From positions 157,604,001 to 157,668,000 of the forward strand of contig OX597817.1 of the NCBI GenBank assembly GCA_951406725.2: 64,000 bases of DNA, in the 5' to 3' direction. This document shows positions 22,675 to 35,269 of the stretch, one piece after another. Positions within the stretch are counted from its first letter, which is position 1, and the number at the start of each line of letters is the position of its first letter. Both the position numbers and the translations under genes were made by a program. The notes under the pieces are model-generated. The model saw nothing but the letters and a program-made list of their open reading frames with translations. It did not search any database and was not told the DNA's origin. This DNA comes from Octopus vulgaris. Its lineage: Eukaryota.

Positions 22675-23280
22675 CCCTTTCATTACCAGCTCAGGCTCTG
22701 GGTACAAATGTCTTGTTTTCATAAGTTTTGAATTAAAATCTTCCACCAAACCTTAGTCACAATTTATGTTCCTAACACTGGGGGAAGCACTCCGTCGGTT
22801 ATGACGATGAGGGTTCCGGTTGATCTGAATCAACGGAACAGCCTGCTCGTGAAATTAACGTGTAAGTGGCTGAGCACTCCACAGACACGTGTACCCTTAA
22901 CGTAGTTCTCGGGGATATTCAGCGTGACACAGAGAGTGACAAGGCCAGCCCCTTGAAATACAGGTACAACAGAAACTGGAAGTAAGAGTGAGAGAAAGTT
23001 GTGGTGAAAGAGTACAACAGGGATCACCACCATCCCCTGCCGGAGCCTCGTGGAGCTTTTAGGTGTTTTCGCTCAATAAACACTCACAACGCCCAGTCTG
23101 GGAACCGAAACCGCGATCCTATGACCGTGAGTCCGCTGCCCTAACCACTGGGCCATTGCACCTCCACGTTCCTAACACTAGCTGAATGATAACTAAGTTA
23201 TTTTACTAAATTCTTTGTTATATTTAAAATTAATTTAGAGAAACACAGATCACCTCAAAAGAAATATGGTAATGAAAGGG
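22675..23280. mobile_element. piggyBac-type MITE interrupted by a SINE
   Basis: TTAA|ccctttcattacc…ggtaatgaaaggg|TTAA. Same family as 23345-23565. Confidence 0.9.
22780..23167 (-). mobile_element. tRNA-derived SINE family C, full length
   Basis: Reverse complement of 32425-32815. 12-bp TSD GTTCCTAACACT at 22768-22779 and 23168-23179. Confidence 0.95.
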
Positions 23281-23344
23281 TTAAAGGAATCTTTTCCAGA
23301 CAAAAGACTGCCGCTCTTGGAGTTTAACAACACGTGTACATTAA

Positions 23345-23565
23345 CCCTTTCATTACCAACCTGGCTGAAACCACCTCTGGCTCTGTAGTACAAATGTCTT
23401 GTTTTTATAAGTTTTGAATTAAAATCTTCCACCAAACCTTGGTCATAATTTATGTTCCTAACACTAGCTGAATGATAACTAAGTTATTTTACAAAATTCT
23501 TCGTTATATTTTAAGTAACTGAAAGAAACACAGAGCATCTCAAAATGAATACAGTAACGAAAGGG
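23345..23565. mobile_element. piggyBac-type MITE (~220 bp)
   Basis: TTAA|ccctttcattacc…gtaacgaaaggg|TTAA. Confidence 0.9.
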
Positions 23566-24595
23566 TTAAGGAAATCACATTATCGAAGTCCTACCTCAGC
23601 CACTGCTCATACCAAATAACTCATCATGTGCAACTCAAAACAAATATTTTATATTTCAAAGGCATAAAATTGCATTGTCAAATTGGATTGAAAAAAACCC
23701 AGATGTTTTATTTGCTAATCATTTCCAATCTAATGTCTGTGTTCTAAACACATACATACACACAAGCACATGAATGCAATTTACAAACAGGAAATTGTTT
23801 GTGCAATATTCCCTAGATTGCATTAGTTAGCATAGAGAAGGAATTACGTCAAAAGCTATTTCGTACAATACCTTCATCAGATTCTGGACTCTTGTTAAGT
23901 GGTTAAAGAGTAATTAATCAAAATCAAGATAACGTTTCTGTAGCCAAGAGGGCGTTGATGTGAGTGAGGAAGTGGAAAAGGGAAATGGTCATGATCGCAC
24001 GTCGTCCTTTCGACTGTACTTTTATGAATGACTGACGTTAATAACATCATTCATTCATTTATAAGGATGCGAGGGACAAACCTATAGCTTGCTTGATGCG
24101 TCACTCCCAGACTTGTGGTTAAGTGATCAGGCCGGGGAGATAATGTTAGTAGATAGAAAAACAAACTAACAAACAAAGAAAAAGAATAAAATAAAAAGGA
24201 ATAGTGAAAACATACAGGACAATAAATTTGCAAAGCAATGTATTTATTTATTCTAGTCTTGGAATAAAAGGACCGTGAAATAGATAAGATTGAAAGATAA
24301 TTTACATCATAAGAAAAACAATATGTCAATGAGTGCAAGACTAGTGTACCCGGATTAGGTTTTTATCAATCATTTCTGAACTCAATCAGATCAAAACCAT
24401 CATTAATCAATATGTTTTACATTTTCTATAAAAGTTTAACACAGCAAAACGTTTAAATATAAAGCAATTTATTTCATAAAATAATACTGAGATTTACTTA
24501 ATTACTAGTTTTGTTTCTGGACACAAAATTTACTACAAGACCTATGACTCATATGACCGGCATCTTAACCTTTTTATGATGCTCAATATCATTTT

Positions 24596-24881
24596 TACGT
24601 TTATATATTTGTTTTGCAAGATTCTTGATGTGAAATTGTGTGTTGAAACAGATGTTGTTTGTATTTAAGAATGGTCATTGTTGCCAGTATAGCCAATAAA
24701 AACACACGCACTATATATTTGGTGTTAATTTGCTTCAGAAGTGTGATGAAAGAACTCTGGCCGAAATAAGATTAAGATTAATGTAAAAAATAAATAAATA
24801 AAGCTGAAGCAAATTAACACCAAATAGTGCGTGTGTTTTTATTGGCTAAACTGGCAACATGACCATTCCTAAATACAACAA
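24596..24881 (+). mobile_element. Fold-back element, ~85-bp inverted arms (24652-24738 / 24804-24882), 12-bp TSD
   Basis: Arms are reverse complements. CAATATCATTTT at 24584-24595 and 24882-24893. Confidence 0.75.
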
Positions 24882-24929
24882 CAATATCATTTTGTTATTC
24901 ATTTTTTTCATACTTTTGCGAAATTGAGT

Positions 24930-25285
24930 TTATTGAGACAGATTTTCTATGACCAGATGCCCTTCCTGTCACCAACCCTCACCTGTTTCTAATCAAAGTA
25001 ATATTTTCACAGGTCAGACATGCTTGCACAAAATATTGGAAATGACTGACACAGCTTGTATGACAGTGACGCTCATTTACAATTGTTACACAGTGTCAGG
25101 ATAGTGAGGCATAAACACACACAAACATAAAAAGGGTTTCTTTTAGTTTCTGTCCACTAAATCCACTCACAAAGCTTTGATTAGCCCAGGGATACAGTAA
25201 AATACACTAGCCTTAGACGCTAAGCAGTAAGACTGAACCCAAAACCATGTGGTTGGGAAGCAAACTTCTCAACCACACATCCACA
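24930..25285 (-). mobile_element. Old SINE A-related copy
   Basis: gatgcccttcctgtcaccaaccc…aaatccactcacaaagc…accatgtggttgggaagcaaacttc. Confidence 0.7.
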
Positions 25286-25686
25286 CTTCACTTAATCATG
25301 AATTCAGAACAATGTATTCAACCCAGAAGTTAAAGTAGAACAGTATAAGAGGGTTCCTATAGTCAAATGGAGGAGTTTTTCAGTTTTACACTTTGGTTTG
25401 GTAGAAATGATAGAATGTCAGAATAAATGCTATACAACCCAAATATTCTGAGCTCAAATCCTATCAAGATTCACTTTGATTTTTATTCCTCTAAGGTCAA
25501 TAAAATATATATCAGTGACTCATCAACTGACTGTCTCCATTCCCTACAAATTTGAGGCCTTCAACAACAAATACTTTATTCCTGTACATGAAGGGTTGGG
25601 ATATTAATGAGCTTAGAATCATTAAGGTCAGATCAGGTCAGGTCAATGTATTAAAAATTTGCATTGCTATAATTGCTAATTATTCA

Positions 25687-26060
25687 GGTGCAGGTGTGAC
25701 TCTGAGGTAAGAAGCTTGCTTCCCAACCACATGGTTCCAGGTTCAGTCCCACTGCATGACATCTTGGGCAAGTGTCTTCTATTATAGCCTTGGGCTGATA
25801 AAAGCCTTGTGAGTGGATTTGGTAAACAGAAATTGAAAGAAGCCCATTGTACGTGTGTGTGTGTGTGTGTGTCCCACCACTTGACAACTGATGTTGATGT
25901 GTTTATGTCACAGTAACTTTTGGCAAAAGAGGCCAAAAGAATAAGTACCAGGCTTACAAAAAAAATTACTGGGGTCGATTCGTCTGACTAAAATTCTTCC
26001 AGGTGGTGCCCCAGCAGGGTCACAGTCTAATGACTGAAACAAGTAAACAATAAAAGATAA
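25687..26060 (+). mobile_element. SINE family A
   Basis: ggtgcaggtgtgactctgaggtaagaagcttgcttcccaaccacatggttcc…gactgaaacaagtaaa. Confidence 0.85.
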
Positions 26061-26969
26061 GAGAGTAGATGCAACATAGTAACGGAGAGAGAATTATCAA
26101 TGGACATGGATTCTGGGAGAAAGGGCTTTAGGAAATTTGGAAAATAAATTAGGAAGAAAACATGTATGTGATACGTACATCAAAGCAGAGACAAAATCAA
26201 AAGAAAAATTTAAGAATAATTGAAAGGACATGGCAAGGTAGCAGGATGGAAATTAGCAGCTATTTATGATCAAACAATTATGAGATAAATCGAGAGGCAG
26301 GTTGACCATGTAGATATGATATGGTTTTAGTGGAGAAAGCATTAAGCAACTTGCACATAAGCCAGAAGTTCAAATCCAGTCTAAGCAATTTTATAAGAGG
26401 AGGCAAACCTAGAGCTGCAAGTAAGACAGCAGGCATAAGCATAGCTATAAGCAGAGTGTCACTATGGGAACAGGTATAGTTATATGGTGGAAAAGTTTGC
26501 TTTCCAACTATATGCTTTCAGGTTCAATCCCACTGCAAGGTACCCTGGTACAGTCTTCTTCTAAAATTGCAGGTTAATGAAAGTTTTGTGAGCAAAATTT
26601 GCTAGACAGAAATTGCATGGAAGTTGATGTGTGTGTGTGTGTATAAATGTATGTGAATGTATGAGTGTGAGTGTATGTGTGTGCACATTTATATGTGTCT
26701 GTTAGCATGCATGTATGTTTGTCTCAGAATCTTAGTGACCCTGAAGGCAAGTTTATATCCAAGACATAAAGTCTAATAGCTCAACAATTAAGCTTCGGAG
26801 AATAGAATCAGACACTACATTTGAATAAAAAAAAAAAAATTAACAGTCAGCACCAGGAAAGGTATCTGGCTGTAGATTACAACCTCAGTAAGTCTTGATC
26901 AATTCATGCCAGCACAGAAAAAGCATGTGTGAAAGTGATGATGATAACGAGGGAGTAAAATATACATTT

Positions 26970-27375
26970 TTTTTCTACTCTAGTCACACGGCCTGAAATT
27001 TTGGGGGAGGGGACCAGTCAATTTGATCGACCCCAGTATGCAACTGGTGTAACAAAATGTTTTTACATGAAGGTGGTGAGCTGGCAGAAACGCTAGCATG
27101 CCGGCCGAAATGCGTAGCCATATTTTATCGGCCGTTACGTTCTGAGTTCAAATTCCGCCGAGGTCGACTTTGCCTTTCATCCTTTCGGGGTCGATTAAAT
27201 AAGTACCAGTTACACACTGGGGTAGATGTAATCGACTTAATCCATGTGTCTGTCCTTGTTTGTCCTCTCTATGTTTAGCCCCTTGTGGGTAGTAAAGAAA
27301 TAGGTATGTAATTTATCGACCCCGAAAGGATGAAAGGCAAAGTCGACCTCAACGGAATTTGAACTCAGAACGTAA
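26970..27375. mobile_element. Nested SINE family B copies (plus-strand 27071-27304 inside a minus-strand copy)
   Basis: The minus copy is split (…atcgaccccagtatgcaactggt / taatttatcgaccccgaaaggatgaaaggc…) around a plus-strand copy. Confidence 0.8.
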
Positions 27376-28050
27376 AATATTTTATTCAACATTGCCTCAG
27401 CTGATTTAGTAGTTAAAGAAAGAGGAATAGTTAGCAAATTACATACAAATGTTACCTGAATTAGACTGGCATTCTACTCAACATTTATCTCTAATCTATT
27501 TAATGCTATGAAATAAGCACCACCCCTTGCATATCCAGGAAAAATTGACATTAGATTCTATATTATCATTTTATGTATGATCTAATAATAATTCTCTAAA
27601 CATACCAGTTAGCTTCCACTCCTCCCTCGCAAACATATTGTGCTGTTATGAATATTAGTACTTAAGGACAACATAATGAGAGAATTATGAACATTGTAGG
27701 TTGATAAAACGTTATTTAAATGAGATGATGATTTAGCTGATAAATAGCAGTCAAAGTTGTGGAATTCCATGCAAGTTAATGCTAAAATATTTAATGTGGG
27801 GAAGCATTAAATGCCAATTTGAAATAAATATATGAGGATGGAAAAGAAATATTCATCAATGACAAATATTATTATTTTCATTTTTGTGGTTAAGGAGCTC
27901 AATTTGCAGCCATGTGCTTCTGGGTTCAGTCTTACAGCATGGTACCTTGAGCAAGTGTCTTCATCTATAGCCCTGAATTGTAAATAATATAGGTGACAAG
28001 AGATGAATGCCTTGCGAGTGAATTTGGTAGTCAGAAACTGTGTGGAAGCT

Positions 28051-28154
28051 ACTATCTACGGCGGTACATATTTTACAATTGGAATGATAGAGAAGATTAG
28101 CATGGCCCCTATGCAAAGATGACATGCAAATTCATGAAGTGCTCCATATTTTTT
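28051..28154 (+). pseudogene. U6: U6 snRNA retropseudogene, near full length
   Basis: ggtacatattttacaattggaatgatagagaagattagcatggcccctatgcaaagatgacatgcaaattcatgaagtgctccatatttttt aligns with canonical U6. The ACAGAGA box is damaged, there are several CpG-type transitions, and no PSE/TATA context is present. Confidence 0.92.
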
Positions 28155-28158
28155 CAAA

Positions 28159-28389
28159 GGCGGCGAGCTGGCAGAAACGTTAGCATGCCAGGCGAAATGC
28201 TTAGCGATATTTCGTCTGCGATTACATTCTGAGTTCAAATTCCACCGAGGTCGACTTTGCCTTTCATCCTTTCGGGGTCGATAAATTAAGTACCAGTTAC
28301 GCACTGGGGTCGATGTAATTGACTTAATCCCTTTGTCTGTCCTTGTTTGTCCCTTCTATGCTTAGCCCCTTATGGGCAATAAAGAAATA
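28159..28389 (+). mobile_element. SINE family B, full length, fused 3' of U6
   Basis: ggcggcgagctggcagaaacgttagc…gggcaataaagaaata. Confidence 0.92.
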
Positions 28390-30149
28390 AGAAACTGTGT
28401 GGATGCTCATTATGTGTGCGTGTGTGTGTGTGTGTTTCCTTCCCTTTGATAACAGGTGTTGGCTTGTTTACATCCCTATAACTTAGCAGTTCAGCAAAAG
28501 TGATCAATAAAATAAGTAGCAGACCTAAAAATAAGTACGAGGGTCAATTTGTTTGACTAAACCCTTCAATATGGTGGTGCAGCATGGCCACAGTCCAATG
28601 ATTGAAACAAGTAGAAAAAAAGACGTGTAGTCCTAGATAAAGAAAAAATGGGTTGGTCATAGCTGGAACATGTATGATAATAGATCTGCTAAAACAGAGC
28701 TTACCTTAAGCTAAACAGCAACAACACCAAAACAACAATTTGAGGCTATTTTTATTCTGTGCTTCAGACAAATCTTTATCTCTGGTGTATAAATAACCAC
28801 ACATCTTCATATCTGATGTATACATATAACATTAACAAATTCCAGAAAGACCCTACAACCATGGCTCCTGATATTCACCACCAATAGAATTCAGTTTAGT
28901 AAATCATCAAAAGATCACCTTTCACTTCCACATCCAAACATTGACAGTTGAGGGTGGTAGTTATGGAAACTGTAGTATTTGTTTACACCTGTGTCCATTA
29001 TAAGGTGGTAATTATATATACATGCATTCTTTACTTAGTTACGTTCCTATTCATTTCACTTACGCACATGCATATACACACTCCTTTAAATTAATCTGAC
29101 TATCACTACTACTCTTTGAACTCCTCCAACAACTAGTAATTGTTCTCATTTTTTTTTTTACGTTGAGGACAATCTATCTTACTTAAATTCTCTCTGAAGT
29201 AAATATTAGGAAATCTGGAGATGCAAAAAAGATGGCAGAGTCATGGTTGGAATACTTTTGATTCTAGGTCTGTTTTGATTATAGCAACAACAAAAACACG
29301 ATCATTATGCTCTCCTAATTGCTGTAGGGCCTTCAGGTCTCTTACAAAGAAAACCTTTTCTAATTTACAGGATCCTACTAATTGCCATTCCTAATTAATT
29401 CCTTCAGATCGGCTAGTAAACTTCACACTGCATGCATTCAACAAAACTCTCTTTAAATTCTCCTTCTCCATCTCTCACCACCTACACACCTGGTCACTGA
29501 GTGCAAAAATTTATTTAATCACAAGCTACTAAAGAAGCACATACACAGTGGCTCCACCTACTAGAAATCACTCCCTACCATTAAAAGGGAAAATGGAAAA
29601 AAGAAAGGACTCATCAAACAATGTATTCAGAGAGTTCCTGCAAAGATGAGATGGTCACATTCATCTGCCACCTGGACTACCTTTTATCATAGGCCTACTT
29701 GATCTTGGTTGATCAGGTAAAGGGGTGTGGTTAGCCAATAAAACTCCCCATATCATTCTCACCCAACAAAATGACAAGTCCTGATGGTGTACCAACACTA
29801 AAACTGTGTACTTCGGAGTCACTTACAATATTCATTAAATTCTACAATCTTTTTCTCTCTACAAGGATATTTCCTAATCTATGGAACTGCACATTGATTT
29901 CCTTGGTCCTATAAAATATCTTTGTAAACAAATCACTCAGTCATTATTTAGAATCTCTCCTTCCCATGCTCTTCTCTTAGAGTGTGAGCTGCCGGGGGCA
30001 GCCCTTGAGACCGCCCCCTCAAATGGGACTCCAAGTCTATACAAGCTTATACAGCAGAGCCAAAAGTGCGGCTTCCATAAAAGCATCACCTAGGGTAGAC
30101 TGCTTTCCTTATCCCCCACATAGGTAGGCTTGCTACTGATCTCTCTCTC

Positions 30150-30555
30150 TCTTCCTTCTCAATGTCTGGCAGCTGACTTGGCAGACACCCATAAAATTAT
30201 TAACCATCTTACTAACAATAACTCTGAGCACCTTTTCAAATTCCACCTGTCTAACACCCGTGGACATGTTTACAAAGTCAGAAAACAGCACAGCTCCCAT
30301 GACTTTCAGAAACATTTTTTCACGTTAAGAGTTGCTGAAGTATGGAACAAACTGCCAGCATCAGTTGTTAGTTGTCGGAGCACTGCATCCTTCAAAACTT
30401 CCATGCTTCCTGAGATTCACCAACACTACACCTGATTTTCTCCCCTCCATACACATGCAAGCATGTATCTGACTCATACACTGTTCACTTTCTAGACATT
30501 TGTACATTACTGCATATGCTTTATATGCACTTTTGACAAGTTGTGGTGCACGCGA
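30150..30555 (+). mobile_element. CR1-clade LINE 3' end
   Basis: DLADTHKII…NTRGHVYKV…HFFTLRVAEVWNKLPASVV…SFK is the typical CR1 ORF2 C-terminus. Confidence 0.85.
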
Positions 30556-30556
30556 G

Positions 30557-30865
30557 CATCATCATCATCGTTTAACGTCTGCTTTCCATGCTAGCGCAGG
30601 TTGGACAGTTTGACCGAGGACTGGCAAACCAGATGGCTGCATCAGGCTCCAGTCTGATCTGGCAGAGTTTCTACAGCTGGATGCCCTTCCTAACGCCAAC
30701 CACTCCGAGAGTGTAGTGGGTGCTTTTACATGCCACCGGCACGAGGGTCAGTCAGGTGGTATTGGCAACGGCCATGCCCAAATGGTGCTTTTTATGTGCC
30801 ACCTGCATAGGAGCCAGTCCAGCGGCACTGGCAATGACCTCGCTTGAATGTTTTTTCACATGCCA
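30557..30865 (-). mobile_element. RTE 3' UTR fragment
   Basis: (CAT)n-cgtttaacgtc…gtgggtgcttttacatgccaccggcac. Confidence 0.88.
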
Positions 30866-31429
30866 TTATTATTATATCATACCATTATGGTTTCCATAGA
30901 ACTAGATCTACTGAACTGCCCTCCTATAACACAAGTGAGTAACATCTTGCTCTTGAAAATGTTAGTAAAATCAATATTATTTCTCTTAACATCAGCATAT
31001 AGCTTGACAATATGATTTGAGGCCCTCCTAAATGATTTGTCCAACTGTCAACTGTATCTAAATTTAATAGTCTCTCATCTCCTCCTCATTGCAGCCCAAA
31101 GAATAACGCTTTGACCACTCAGTCCTCTGTAGTACTGTCATCCTCTAGAATTCTTTCTTTCTTCACATTTTCCAGACAGACATCAAACTACAGACATTCA
31201 AACTGAATATCAATCACGTTAATTGCAAAAATCTGTGCAGGTTTGCAAAAGATCAATGACATCGTTTTTTTTTTTCCGTTTTTTTTTTTTCCGTTTTTTT
31301 TTTTAATTATAAATCAAAAAACATACTGAAGGGTATGCTAACTATGATTTATACACACACATATAAAACATATACACATGTGCATACACACATGCACACA
31401 CACACGCACACACACACACACACAAACAC

Positions 31430-31823
31430 AGAGGTATGGTTGTGTAGTTAAGCAGCTTGCTTTGCAATCACGTGGTTTTGAGTTCAGTCCCACTGCGCAG
31501 CACCTTGGGCAAGTATCTGATGCTATAGCCCTAGGCCAACCAATGCTTTGTGAGAGAATTCAGAAGGCAGAAACTAAAGAAATTGTGTGGCATTGTGTGT
31601 GTGTAATTATTGTTGTTGTTGTTAAGGTGGCAAGCTGGCAGAATCATTAGCATGCTGAGCAAAATGCTTGGCAGTGCTTCATTTGCCTTTATGTTCTGAG
31701 TTCAAATTCAGCGAAGATCAATTTTGCTTTTCATCCTTTCAGGGTCCATGAAATAAGTACCAGTTGTGTACTGGAGTTGATGTAATCAACTAATCCCTCC
31801 CCTGAACTTACTGACCTTGTGCC

Positions 31824-31828
<5 letters not shown>
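31430..31828 (+). mobile_element. Degenerate SINE A head followed by SINE B
   Basis: ggttgtgtagttaagcagcttgc… then ggtggcaagctggcagaatcattagc…. Confidence 0.7.
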
Positions 31829-31858
<30 letters not shown>

Positions 31859-32123
31859 AATTATAATTATTCTCATTAGCATCTTCTTTCAATTCAGTTT
31901 CCATTTCTTGCTGAGTGTCTTCCTGACACCTAGGGCAGAGAAACGTACTGTATACATTGATAAGCCAGTATAATTATTATTATTATTTAAACTGGTTTGA
32001 TTCAGCCCCATGCAATTTAATGTTTTGTAGGGTCACTACAGGAACCTAGCTGAATGGACTTGATGAGCTAGGTTTCTATAAGAAGCCTATGGAATTTTTA
32101 AAACAGTTTGATTTGGCCCCATT

Positions 32124-32189
32124 AAAACACACCAGCATCGGTTGTCAAGCGATATTGGGGGGGGGGGAAACACAGTCACACAAACATAT

Positions 32190-32268
<79 letters not shown>

Positions 32269-32424
32269 TACAATGGGCTTCTTTCAGTTTCTGTCTACCA
32301 AATCACACTCACAAGGCTTTAGTCGGCCCGAGGCTATAGTAGAAGACACTTGCCCAAGGTGCTATGCAGTGGGACTGAACCCGGAACCATGTGGTTCGTA
32401 CATAAGCTACCTACCACACAGCCT
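32124..32424 (-). mobile_element. SINE family A with expanded (TA)n, head interrupted by SINE C
   Basis: aaacacaccagcatcggttgtcaagcg…gactgaacccggaaccatgtgg. Confidence 0.85.
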
Positions 32425-32815
32425 GTGGAGGCGCAATGGCCCAGTGGTTAGGGCAGCGGATTCGCGGTCATAGGATCGCGGTTTCGATTCCCAGACCGGG
32501 CGTTGTGAGTGTTTATTGAGTGAAAACACCTAAAACAGCTCCACGAGGCTCCGGCAGGGGATGGTGGTGATCCCTGCTGTACTCTTTCACCACAACTTTC
32601 TCTCACTCTTACTTCCTGTTTCTGTTGTACCTGTATTTCAAGGGGCCGGCCTTGTCACTCTCTGTGTCACGCTGAATATCCCCAAGAACTACGTTAAGGG
32701 TGCACGTGTCTGTGGAGTGCTCAGCCACTTACACGTTAATTTCACGAGCAGGCTGTTCCGTTGATTCGGATCAACCGGAACCCTCATCGTCGTAACCGAT
32801 GGAGTGCTTCCATCC
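32425..32815 (+). mobile_element. tRNA-derived SINE family C, full length
   Basis: Head ggcgcaatggcccagtggttagggc…ggtttcgattccc with A/B boxes. TSD ACCACACAGCCT at 32413-32424 and 32816-32827. Confidence 0.95.
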
Positions 32816-33558
32816 ACCACACAGCCTATAATTTTTATATATGCCCAATATTTTATATATGTTAAAAATAAGGGTAAATTGATAGTATTATAACTCTGTA
32901 TACTCAGAGTTGCAGTACCAATACTCTCCACTACTGCCATATAAAATCGTGTGGCTAAATAGCAAAGTGCTAACTTCATTATCTAGCTTATATTATTGCG
33001 ACATAAACTTAAGAGTAAGACATTAGCATACAAACATTCTTAACCAACATGCCATTAACTTTAGTAGGAGTCTTCTAAACATTTATAAGCAAATTTATAA
33101 ATCTGCCAACACTGAAACAAAAGATATTTTCAAAAATGTTGTGGAAGTTTATATCATGTATTCAGCACACCATATTTCAGCATCATTACTATGCTGTGAG
33201 AGAAAACATTTGAAGAAAGATCAAGATAACCACAAAATGAAAATACTGCAGACCCATTAATGCTAATTTCAGTACAGATAAAAAATATGTAAAACGTATT
33301 ATTTTATACCTTTCTCCTGCTCCTTTTGTTTTTGTTTTTGTTTTTTTCACTCTTATTATAAATAGTCTCCACTTTTATGAATAACATTTCAGCAGCCTTA
33401 ACCAAACTGTTATTGAAATATACTTCATTCTTCTGAATTCTTAAGCTGCTTTTCTTGCAAAAGACTGCACCATAATGATGCCATAAGAATTTATAAACCA
33501 TTGAGAGAACATGAATTAATTCGTTTTTTTTGGAACTGGATCTTGTAGCACATGAATA

Positions 33559-33945
33559 CTCTCTCTTTTACTCTTTTACTTGTTTCAGTCATTTGACTGC
33601 GTCCAGGCTGGAGCACCGCCTTTAGTCGAGCAAATCGACCCCAGGACTTATTCTTTGTAAGCCTAACATGGAAATCGGACATTAAACGATGATGATGATG
33701 ATGATATGTATGTATGTATATATATTTGTGTGTGTGTGTTTGTGCCCCACCACCATTGCTTGACAACCGATGTTGGTGTGTTTACATCCCTATAACTTAG
33801 TGGTTAAGCAAAAGAGACTGACAGAATAAGTTCTCGGCTTACAAAGAATAAGCCCTGGGATTACAAAGAATAAGCCTTTGTTCAACTAAAGGTGCTCCAG
33901 CATGACCACAGTCAAATGACTGAAACAAACAAAAGAATAAAAGAA
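33559..33945. mobile_element. Rearranged SINE A pieces in opposite orientations around an RTE tail
   Basis: Minus 3' piece 33559-33665, RTE tail 33666-33705, plus 3' half 33706-33945. Confidence 0.7.
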
Positions 33946-34370
33946 CAGAGAGCACATACACATACACTAATGAGTTTCGTAGCCTTTGTATGTGCCAGGT
34001 GAAAATTAACCATAGATGAAGGTGAGACATTGTGACTCCAGTCAAAACCCGTACAGGCATAGAAAATGCAAACATAAAAGGACGATATCACTATATTCAT
34101 CATTACAAGTAGAGCATGACCTGTTGTTTTAAACCTTGAATAAGTAATACTTGTAACACATTGTTCAATTGAACATAGATATATATTCAACAAAGAGTTA
34201 AATAAAAGAAGGCAGAGCAATATCGAAATAAATGGAACATATAACAGAGCGAAATATCTATGAGTCTTTGTGTTTTTATTTCTATATGCAACTTTATATA
34301 CAACAAACCATAGACAAGAAATTTTGGCAACTAAACAGTCTTTGTTCACAAATATTGCATATATTGTATA

Positions 34371-34527
34371 CAGGAGTGGCTGTGTGGTAAGAAACTTGCT
34401 TCCCAACCACATGGTTCCAGGTTCAGTCCCACTGTATGGCACCTTGGGCATGTGTCTTCTACTATAGCCTCAGGCTGACCAAAGCCTTGTAAATGGATTT
34501 GGTAGATGGAAACTGAAAGAAGCCTGT

Positions 34528-34575
<48 letters not shown>

Positions 34576-34945
34576 TGGTTGGCGTTAGGAAGGGCATCCA
34601 GCTGTAGAAACATTGCCAGATTAGACTGGAGCCTGGTGCAGCCTTCTGGCTTCCCAGAACCCCGGTCCAACCCATGCTGGCATGGAGAACAGACGTTAAA
34701 CGATGATATATATGTATGTATGTTTGTGTGTCTGTGTTTGTCTTCTCATCACTGCTTGACAACTGGTGTTGGTGTGCTTATGTCCCGATAACTTAGTGGT
34801 TTGGCAAAAAAGACTGAAAGAATAAGTACTAGGCTTTAAAAAAAAGTAAGCCCTGGAGTCGATTTGTTCAAATAAAAGCCTTCAAGGCAGTACTTGCTCC
34901 AGCATGGCTGCAGTCAAATGACTGAAATCAGTAAAAGAATAGAAT
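34371..34945 (+). mobile_element. SINE family A with an RTE 3' fragment (34573-34707) inserted in its internal (TA)n
   Basis: The SINE consensus resumes after (TA)n-gagtggttggcgttagg…gatgat-(TA). Confidence 0.88.
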
Positions 34946-35269
34946 ATTTTTAGGGAATTTAACATTTTCACAATTGTGATACCTGTAAGATCCTCTTCAT
35001 CATAATTTAACATCCGTTTTCCATGCTGGCATGGGTTGGATGGTTTGACAAAGGCTGGCTAAGCAGAAGGCTGGCTAAGCAGAAGGCTGCACTGTCTGTT
35101 TTGGCAGGGTTTTACTACACCAAGAGGTGTAGTAAATTGACTTTAACTAACAAAAATCTGATAGATCCCTAACCCAACTGAGAACAACACAGGACTAACC
35201 CTGTGTGAACATGTTAGGAAAATTGTAAGGAAAGCTATTCATTAAATTTAACAGAGAAAAATGGATAAT

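Larger units (their letters stand above)
27885..28620 (+). mobile_element. Old SINE family A copy hosting the U6-SINE insertion
   Basis: 5' half ends at gaatttggtagtcagaaactgtgtggaagct. 3' half resumes at 28390. Confidence 0.75.

Noticed and set aside
23849-23886. Minus-strand CUGAUGA…CGAAA hammerhead-like boxes
   Set aside because: Stem II is only 3 bp and stem I cannot pair, so it may be chance.
28051-28154. Functional U6 gene
   Set aside because: The ACAGAGA box is disrupted, there are many CpG-type transitions, and it sits in a SINE with a TSD and no upstream promoter.
32425-32500. tRNA gene-like sequence (also at 35890, 23095 and 42015)
   Set aside because: It is a SINE head: it continues into a ~300-bp body with a TSD and lacks a proper acceptor stem and terminator.
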